A DNA stretch of 64,000 nucleotides from Veleropilina oligotropha (taxonomy: Eukaryota): the NCBI GenBank assembly GCA_048128005.1, contig JBEUKZ010000013.1:1-64000 (forward strand), given 5' to 3'. The notes beneath the pieces are model-generated. The model searched no databases. It saw only the letters and a program-made list of their open reading frames with translations, and had not been told where the DNA came from. Made by a program: the position numbers and the translations under genes. Shown here in pieces: positions 9,053 to 16,410 of the stretch (position 1 is the first letter of the stretch; each line of letters starts with the position of its first letter).

Positions 9053-10325
9053 TCTCGATATTCAGCTGTGCGTCCATGATCACGAACTCGTAGACGTTCA
9101 GTGGACCGGCCGCTTCGGCTGTTTTAGTGATCTGAATAGTAATGCCTTCGCTGGCGTTCTCGACCCTCCGGCCTGACCCGTGCAACTGATCGTCGTCAGT
9201 TACCCGCATATCGATCCAGAGCGCAAATTTCTTAGTCAGAAATTCGCCCAGGGTGACGTCTGCCATCTCCAAGTCCTTTGCGACCATCGCGACCTCAGGA
9301 TGCCGCTTGCTGCAGCCGGAGGCGAACATTTTCTTGGCTTCTTCCCAGATCTGGTATGTTCGCATGCCCTGGCTGTAGATTTGATTCGGGACACCCTCGA
9401 TTGTGACCTCGACCTTTGTGATCTTCGGATTATAGAAGGCCTCAGTATCGCGAGAGAATGGCGCGGCGTCTCTCGCAGGGTCCTCGAACAACAGTAGTAT
9501 TCCTTTCATCGACCTCGCCGGTACGTTCACATTCATATTCCACAACGAGTCGCTCTTGTCTAGGGTGAGCTTCCGATGCCGGAGAACACGGTCGTACAGG
9601 ATTACGAGTTGACCCTGGTATTGATTTCGAATCCGTCTGGCAAGCTCGGATTGGGTTACCATGTCATATTCGAGGGATATATTGTCGATGGAATAGCTGG
9701 AACCGGAGTCGTCCGTCTCCCGGATAGTCCGGGAGTAGTCGTTGAACGTTAGCTCATACTCGAGACGGTCTCCAAGGGCGCTTTGATAGAATGGCATGTG
9801 ACTTTCCAACAGCTCGAAATCCAGCGGGATGCGGAATCGGTTACCGTACGCGGCCGCGACCGCGACATCCTCAGACAGTCTGAAGGCGTCTGCCGCACCA
9901 ACACGATGCTTCGTAGTGTTGTGTCCATCGCTGGTATCAATCCCCTGGTACTGGGCGTTCTTGCGCTCCCCTGTGGTCTTCCAGAGATCGCAGTAGCAGT
10001 GGTACACGTCGGAGTCGTCAATCGACATGATCTCGTTTCCACTTATCTTTATCGTGGTCTTTCTGATCACGGCACGGCCGATATTTTGCACTACAGTCCT
10101 ATTCGCATTTACCGAGGTCAGTGAGATGGTAAATGCAAGGTGGGCAGTCCCTGGAACGATCACGTCATTCGCCCCGAGATTAGGGAACCGAACCAGGAGC
10201 TGCTGGTTCGGGGCAATCGTTGATGGATTGTTTGTAATCGTGACCGACTGGCGGATGCCCTTGACTGCGAGGGGCTCACGCAGCCTGCGGTATGGATTAA
10301 GCTTGCGTCCGTATACGCTAGTCAT
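9024..10325 (-). CDS. Putative double jelly-roll major capsid protein
   Basis: About 433 aa, beta-rich, adjacent to the packaging ATPase, strongly conserved and intact in both copies; size and context fit a Polinton-like MCP. Fold not verified. Confidence 0.8.
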   Translation of the reverse strand: MTSVYGRKLNPYRRLREPLAVKGIRQSVTITNNPSTIAPNQQLLVRFPNLGANDVIVPGTAHLAFTISLTSVNANRTVVQNIGRAVIRKTTIKISGNEIMSIDDSDVYHCYCDLWKTTGERKNAQYQGIDTSDGHNTTKHRVGAADAFRLSEDVAVAAAYGNRFRIPLDFELLESHMPFYQSALGDRLEYELTFNDYSRTIRETDDSGSSYSIDNISLEYDMVTQSELARRIRNQYQGQLVILYDRVLRHRKLTLDKSDSLWNMNVNVPARSMKGILLLFEDPARDAAPFSRDTEAFYNPKITKVEVTIEGVPNQIYSQGMRTYQIWEEAKKMFASGCSKRHPEVAMVAKDLEMADVTLGEFLTKKFALWIDMRVTDDDQLHGSGRRVENASEGITIQITKTAEAAGPLNVYEFVIMDAQLNIENGRFVEALY

Positions 10326-10361
10326 GGCTGAATTAGATGCGTATCCCACTGATGTATTCAA

Positions 10362-11679
10362 ATGGCGGAATTCGAGAACCCCGCATTCGAGCCGGACGAT
10401 CTCATCGACAACGATGATACCATCATCGACGATACTGATGTGGATCTATCCACCGACCGGTTTATGCCAGGGCTTCTTTCGGAACGGCCACAGGAAGGAA
10501 CCAGCAGTCTTCAGCAAGAGCTCGTTCAGGGCGTAGTTGACGACTACTACAAAGCCCTGGCACAGGAGGGGCAGACCCCCGCGGCAGGGCGAGATTATTC
10601 AAAATTCAAGTATGTGAGGGGAAAATTAGGGAGGGGGGGGGAAATTGGTGATGACGGACTACCCCGACATCAATCTCATAAATTCTCGCACCGGCAACCC
10701 CTTGGCGTTGTCAACAATAGCTGGCCGGCCTGGTGGGGGTGATGCAATCCGTGAAGGGTTGGGTTTTGTACACTGGACGCGGGGGGGACAAAATCCGTCC
10801 TCAAAAGCGGTTGCAGCTCTTCAGACAGCCGACAACGAGTTGAGCGGTGCGGCCGCTAATGTCGAAAACGTAGAACTGCGGGACTTGGGGCAGACTGCTA
10901 CTGATGCCTCGGTAGCAATCCACACGATGGAGACGAAATTCACTGATACCGAGGTTGAAGAGATCTTAGGCACAATGGGGGACCCTCCATTAAATCTTCG
11001 CGAGCTTCGCGGACTTGACAAGGCGATGCAGACCATCCGAGGCGAACTAACCAACAATCTAGCCAAACTAACGGCGCTGGACGAACACATAGAGCTGGAG
11101 AAGATGAAGCTCGATCAGGCAGATGAAGAGGGCGGTGTGGATGAGTTCATCCGTCGACGGATCGCGGAACGTCTGCGCGACCTGAATGATGAAAGAGCAG
11201 CTCGCCTAGAGGCAGCATCATCAAGCCGGGACGCCCTTCGCTCTCAAATCAGCCGGATCCGAGAGATGATAAGTCGGATCCTGAACACCGACACAACGCT
11301 GGCCGAGCGTATCCGGACCCTGTTCCGCGAGCAAGGGGTTACGATCGCAACAATACTGACCGCTATCGGGCTCGCCATCTCGACTTTGGTACTAGCCCTG
11401 ACAGGCGGAGCGCCGAGCATACCACCAACACCACCACCTCCCAGTGGTCAGGGCGGGGTCAAGGAGTGGGTCAAAAAGCAGCTGCAGAACCTGGGAAGGA
11501 TTCTAGGCAAACTAGCAGGGAAGGCCGCAGCCGCGCTCCCAGGAATACTTGGAAGCCTGGTCTCCTGGCTAATCAACCTGATTGGCAAGACAGCATCGTG
11601 GCTCGCTGAAAACCTATGGGCACTGGTCATATCAGTTGGGGGCTTGCTTCTTATTGCCGCTAGACAGTGGGTCACGTAA
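10362..11679 (+). CDS. Coiled-coil protein with C-terminal hydrophobic/amphipathic helices; frame shifts at a G9 run (10633-10641)
   Basis: ORFs 10362-10742 and 10645-11679 are one continuous frame in copy B, where the run is G11. Confidence 0.8.
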
Positions 11680-12964
11680 GCCAAATGAACGCTAGGCCAA
11701 CGACAATGCCGCCCACGATAAGTGCGGTTTTATCCTCGTCATGTTTGGTTGCCCCAGCTGAAACAGCTGCCACTGGGGCCACAGCCGGCAGAGAGCCACG
11801 ATGCTTCGGAGTGACCGCATCTGCGGGTAAGACGGCGTCTTGTGGGATGACCAATCCTGTTTCTCCAGTCTCCCCAGTGGCGTTGAGCGGCACAGGATTG
11901 GCCGCGTTCACCGTAGTATTAAGACCTAGGGTCTGGGCTTCCGTGGCAACGACGATCTCATTGTTATAACCAGCCACCTGCCCGATCCGAAGGAGCATGT
12001 CACTTGGCGCCATGTAAAGGCCGACGCCGAATACGAAGTCTACTTTAGACCTGGCATACTGCAAAACGTCCTGGTACCATTGGATCGCAGCAGGGAGGTC
12101 AACGGGGGATGCGATGGCGTCTTCCACGTTCGCCAGGAACTGTTTCTGTGCGTCAAATGCCGTCCCACTACCCAGAATACTTGCACGCGTTTGAGCCTGC
12201 GCTCCAAGAATAGCCCAGACGTAGGTCCTGATGGAATCATTGAGCCTTTCCACGCCGGCCCTCGTGAATCCCACCGACCTGTCCAGAATAAAAGTAGCCC
12301 AACCGTTTTTAAGCGCAGGCGCTTGCGCGATGTAGTCCACGTGCAGATTCGTGTTGGTCGTACCTTTGGTGAAGGACATTCGGCTTGGATCATACTCACG
12401 TCCGATGGGGTGGTAGCCGTTGTTCGTCCAGTAGCTGTAAGCGGTGCCTAGTCCGCCGTTGGGACCCTTGACACGCCAGTCGGTATGTGGGGACACTCCG
12501 AATTCGCTGCAGATCTTTTCATATGCCCTTCGGTCATACGGGGTGTCGAATGCATCCCACGTCCGGTCTTGTGGCAGCGGCGCCTGAATCTCGGTCAAGA
12601 TCCTTCTGACCTGATAGTAGACGTGGAAGGTGAATACAGCAGTGGAGAGGGCTGCAGTAGCATTCAAGTGGTCTTCTGAGGAGATCCCGGAACCTGTTGT
12701 GGCACACCATACTGCGAAGTTGACCTTGTTCTGCCAGAACCGCATCGGTGTGCTGTGCCAAGCCCTTATCAGCCCGTCACTAGCGACGTGAGGGAGGCGA
12801 TACTTTTGAAATACGTCGGGGTAGTCTGCCCCGAATGCAGTGGTTGAGCTATTACCCACATTGATGCTTGGTCTCGTAAGCTGCTCATCTTTGATCTTTG
12901 CTGGGTACACCACACCGGTCGGATAGGCCGCACTCCTATTGAACACAAATGCGCTCTTAGCCAT
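11672..12964 (-). CDS. Hypothetical ~430-aa protein with a C-terminal membrane anchor (probable virion protein)
   Basis: Intact homologue at 44707-45987; ends ALIVGGIVVGLAFIWLT. Confidence 0.85.
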   Translation of the reverse strand: MAKSAFVFNRSAAYPTGVVYPAKIKDEQLTRPSINVGNSSTTAFGADYPDVFQKYRLPHVASDGLIRAWHSTPMRFWQNKVNFAVWCATTGSGISSEDHLNATAALSTAVFTFHVYYQVRRILTEIQAPLPQDRTWDAFDTPYDRRAYEKICSEFGVSPHTDWRVKGPNGGLGTAYSYWTNNGYHPIGREYDPSRMSFTKGTTNTNLHVDYIAQAPALKNGWATFILDRSVGFTRAGVERLNDSIRTYVWAILGAQAQTRASILGSGTAFDAQKQFLANVEDAIASPVDLPAAIQWYQDVLQYARSKVDFVFGVGLYMAPSDMLLRIGQVAGYNNEIVVATEAQTLGLNTTVNAANPVPLNATGETGETGLVIPQDAVLPADAVTPKHRGSLPAVAPVAAVSAGATKHDEDKTALIVGGIVVGLAFIWLT

Positions 12965-12971
12965 AGCTACT

Positions 12972-13712
12972 ATGTTCCACACATTAACAAACGTTCAAGA
13001 GGGGACCGCGGTTGCCCTCCTGGAGCCGATTGATAACCGGGACGGCAAGCTATGTGTCAGCTTGCAGTCGCTCGACTATTGGGTAGGCTGGCACAACGTG
13101 CATGCCGGAGCCTTCTTTAAGACCCCGGATACCACGGTCGACGTGGCACCAGGTTTCTACAGCTTCGATGACCTCGCCAAGACGATGAAGAGGTCGCTAG
13201 TTAACCTACAACTAGATGTAAGCCATGCTACAGGGCTCGCCCGAATCGTGGTCCCAGAGGGGACTCGACTCGCGATAAGCGACGATATACGAAAACTCCT
13301 CGGCTTAGACCTCTCTTCGTTTATTCTCGATAAAGCAGGGAATCTGAACCAACCGGTTCGGGGAGTACAGGGCCAACCACCTCCCCCTCCGGAGAGATCC
13401 GAGTGGCTACGCCCTGGGACTTATGACGGGAATAAGCCTGTCGGGTTTGCCATAGCGCCAACCCTGCACGTCCACCTGGAGCAGCTCAGTACAACGCACA
13501 ATGTGAAGGACGGCGCCCCGAGCACTATTCTCGCGGTGGTCCCTATCACGTCGCAGATGTTCGGTGAAGCTGGCCACTATCATAGCTATCCCGCCGGCCG
13601 GCGACTACAGGCCGGGCTAATCACAGAGTTGAAGGTGTACGTCACAGACGCAGACAGTAACCCGATCGACAATCACGGCATGCCCATTACCGCAGTCCTT
13701 GCGATACAATGA
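12972..13712 (+). CDS. Putative minor capsid (penton-like, single jelly-roll) protein
   Basis: PGFYS, LHVHLEQL...DGAPSTILAVVPI...ITELKVYVTDADSNPIDNHG pattern resembles Polinton minor capsid proteins; about 246 aa. Confidence 0.72.
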   Translation: MFHTLTNVQEGTAVALLEPIDNRDGKLCVSLQSLDYWVGWHNVHAGAFFKTPDTTVDVAPGFYSFDDLAKTMKRSLVNLQLDVSHATGLARIVVPEGTRLAISDDIRKLLGLDLSSFILDKAGNLNQPVRGVQGQPPPPPERSEWLRPGTYDGNKPVGFAIAPTLHVHLEQLSTTHNVKDGAPSTILAVVPITSQMFGEAGHYHSYPAGRRLQAGLITELKVYVTDADSNPIDNHGMPITAVLAIQ

Positions 13713-14062
13713 GCAGCAGCATCTATGGGACCCTGCGGGCAGACGAGCCCTCTTCCCCCCCGACCCGGTGGCACTTTGTCCTTAATTGTGGGGTAGCGCC
13801 CAATAAGGGGCTGGCGAGGAGGGAGTTCATGTTTCCAAACACTAGAGGTCGGTTCGGGTTGAACCCAGCCCTTCTAATGATCCACCTGACGCCGGTCCAG
13901 CCGGCCGGGGGCCCCAAGGCATGTTCCATAAGTAAACTCAGCCTGGATTCGGATAAGTTAACCCTCGCCTTTGTCATCAAGGCCCCGTGGGTCGGCACTC
14001 TGTATTTGAACGTTACAGTAGACATTTTAAACAAACAGGCGGAACAATACAGCCACGTATGA
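13709..14062 (+). CDS. Hypothetical beta-rich protein (117 aa)
   Basis: ATGA overlaps with both neighbours; conserved at 46726-47067. Confidence 0.8.
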   Translation: MSSSIYGTLRADEPSSPPTRWHFVLNCGVAPNKGLARREFMFPNTRGRFGLNPALLMIHLTPVQPAGGPKACSISKLSLDSDKLTLAFVIKAPWVGTLYLNVTVDILNKQAEQYSHV

Positions 14063-14694
14063 TGGACAACAAACCCTCAGCGCCAACGCTGTACCCACAG
14101 CTTGGTGGCGATGTGCCTTCGGAACTGCATGAGGCACAGTCTTTCCGACTACAGAAAGTGAATGAGCTTCAGGGACAGCTAGAGCGAGAACGGGATGCCC
14201 GGGCTGCACTATATAAAAAGTACCGACGAGGTGTTAACGTCGTTGACGGGATAGATAACGGGCTAGTCGTCGCCACACTTGGTATGGGTAGCGCTGGAAT
14301 TGGTCTACTTTCCACAATTGTAGCCGCCCCGGTCGTCCTAGTGCTGGAATTAGCGGCATTAGGGTGTGGGCTCGCCAGTATGGGTGGGAAATATATCAGC
14401 CGGCGCCTCGGGGTGAAGGCTAAGAAACACGACGAGATTCGAGTCCTGGCCGACAGCAAGCTGAATACCATAACCGACCACGTCTCAAAGGCCTTATCAG
14501 ATGGGGTGATGTCTGATGATGAATTCCAACTGGTCACAGGGGAGATGGAGAAATACCAAGCCATGAAGGCATCAATCCGGGATAAGAGTAGGAAGGCGCA
14601 CACCGCGATTTCACAGACCCAAAGCGAGCTTATTGAGCGAGGTCGTTTAGAGGGTCGCGCAGAGCTGCTGAAAAAAATCGGAGCTGGCGACTAA
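14059..14694 (+). CDS. Membrane protein with N-terminal PSAP/LYPxL motifs, coiled coil and hydrophobic hairpin
   Basis: MMDNKPSAPTLYPQL..., hydrophobic LVVATLGMGSAGIGLLSTIVAAPVVLVLELAALGCGL; intact homologue at 47064-47705. Confidence 0.85.
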   Translation: MMDNKPSAPTLYPQLGGDVPSELHEAQSFRLQKVNELQGQLERERDARAALYKKYRRGVNVVDGIDNGLVVATLGMGSAGIGLLSTIVAAPVVLVLELAALGCGLASMGGKYISRRLGVKAKKHDEIRVLADSKLNTITDHVSKALSDGVMSDDEFQLVTGEMEKYQAMKASIRDKSRKAHTAISQTQSELIERGRLEGRAELLKKIGAGD

Positions 14695-14776
14695 CTATCC
14701 AGGTTGAGCGTAGCCACGACTACCCCGCTCCTCCCCCGTATTAAAGCTAGAAATCGACAGTGATATCTGGACAACC

Positions 14777-15205
14777 ATGAAATCCATGAAATCTATGCTA
14801 CTGTGCATTGTCGCGGTGTGCTGGCTAGGGGGTACCACCCAGGCGTCGACACACGACACTGCATTAATTCTCGAACACACGTGGGCTAGGTACCGAAATC
14901 ATCCCAGGTATAACGCCCGATTCGATCACTTGCGTAGAAACTTGCTTCTTCGCCCGGGTAGAGACCCCACCCCTGATGTCTCCCCACCCTCGTGCCACTA
15001 TTTTATTATCGGAGAAAATGACTGTAGCCCTGCCACACCCCGAGATACTGTCACATGTGTCCAGTGTTCGACCCCCTCACTATGTCCTGGCAAAAATGGG
15101 GAGTATTATACCATGCTGTCTGGCTGCTTCGGTATGTGGAGAAAAGTCGGACACATCTCACCCTGTAATTGTACTTTAATATCGGGCAACTATATATTCA
15201 TATAA
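14777..15205 (+). CDS. Secreted cysteine-rich protein, possibly an IL-17-like cystine knot
   Basis: Signal-peptide-like N-terminus and 8 Cys in the C-terminal domain ending in CNC; all are conserved in copy B (47786-48211). The ORF is well supported; the family call is inference. Confidence 0.75.
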   Translation: MKSMKSMLLCIVAVCWLGGTTQASTHDTALILEHTWARYRNHPRYNARFDHLRRNLLLRPGRDPTPDVSPPSCHYFIIGENDCSPATPRDTVTCVQCSTPSLCPGKNGEYYTMLSGCFGMWRKVGHISPCNCTLISGNYIFI

Positions 15206-15726
15206 AACAGATGCTTAGGAAATCTCTTGCCTTACAATATGTCACAGCTGTTTATATAAATATTTTCCAGGTCGACGAGAGCGACCTTTGTCCGATTTAT
15301 GAATGAAATACCTCGCATCAATAAGTTATTGTTGGATTAGGCGAATCGCATACGCTTCAGGTCACGTGTAGTATTAATACAGCCTGCCGGCTGTCCATTG
15401 TTGACTATCCAGTACAGCCTCAATTACTTAAAACCATGAAACAATAGACGCCTAGTGGATTTCTCAGTGGGTAAATATAAACGCTTGGCCTATCAAGCCA
15501 TGTCTTTACAAATATCTGGTCGCGCCTACGGTTCCATTGTTCTCTTGCTACTATCTCAAGCTGGCTGACCTATATTTTGTCTAACGCATTTCTCATAGCA
15601 AAGAAGTCGCAAGCTGTCGTATACGTATTTAGCTATTGGTGACCCAGAAAAAAAACATATTGGCACAGAAAATAAAAATCGGTCCCCAAGATTCTGTTTG
15701 GCACAGAAAATAAAAATCGGTCCCCA

Positions 15727-15775
15727 TGTTTACATGGTGGACAGTAATCTAGTGGAGTCATGGTCACGTGGCAAT
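15727..15775. promoter_or_regulatory. Conserved non-coding motif block (TGTTTAC, GAGTCA, GTCACGTG, GTGGCAAT)
   Basis: The same ordered motifs occur at about 48577-48624 in copy B although the surrounding non-coding DNA has diverged. Confidence 0.45.
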
Positions 15776-16245
15776 GAGTTTCTAGAAAGATCAGAAATCG
15801 TCAACAAGTTATATATGGGAATGTGTACGTGGAAAGCTTCTAGAAAGAACAGAGATCGTCAGAGGTTATATATGGGAATGTGGCAATAAACTGCTATTGC
15901 CGTCCTTTCATAACCGCAAACAATACTTCCTGGTATAACGTTACAGCTATTAACATACAGGAGCCAGGCGAGCATAGGTAAGTGTTATAATTTAACCCCA
16001 GGGAACATCCCTAGGGCTCTATATAGTTTACATTGGTCGGAATGGGTGCTGGGAGCCTTATTTTTTCCATTCTAAAAGGTATGGTCACCCTCCCTGCTGA
16101 CTATTCTAAGCTACCCTAGTTTGTACACACGGTGACTTTTTGTAATACAATCCCTACCCCTCGGGTCTGAACAGGTGCTGGGAGCCTCCACGGCGGCCGC
16201 CCCGCCCCTAGTCTATACCCCCTAGTTCCCACCAGTACAACCCTA

Positions 16246-16410
16246 TCAGTTCTGAAATGGTGCTGGGAGCCTTATTTTCCCATTCTAAAAAGTGCATTCA
16301 CCCCCCCTGCTGCTGAGTTGAGATCCATATTAATTCTGAAAAAGTGCTGGGAGCCTTAATTTCCCTCGCCGCGCCCCCAGATAAAAGGTATGGTCACCCC
16401 CCCTGCTGCT
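16246..16410 (-). repeat. Right TIR of element A
   Basis: Inverted copy of 418-582, followed by the TSD CCCCG. Confidence 0.95.

Larger units (their letters stand above)
418..16410 (+). mobile_element. Endogenous Polinton/adintovirus-like DNA virus, copy A (~16.0 kb, near intact)
   Basis: 165-bp TIRs starting AGCAGCAG and ending CTGCTGCT; CCCCG duplicated at 413-417 and 16411-16415; carries integrase, packaging ATPase, capsid-like genes and a PolB-helicase gene; visibly GC-richer than the host DNA. Confidence 0.93.

Noticed and set aside
418..16410. Prophage or bacterial contamination (GC-rich, overlapping genes)
   Set aside because: Clean TSD junctions inside eukaryotic retroelements, an rve integrase, and no phage hallmark genes or consistent Shine-Dalgarno motifs.
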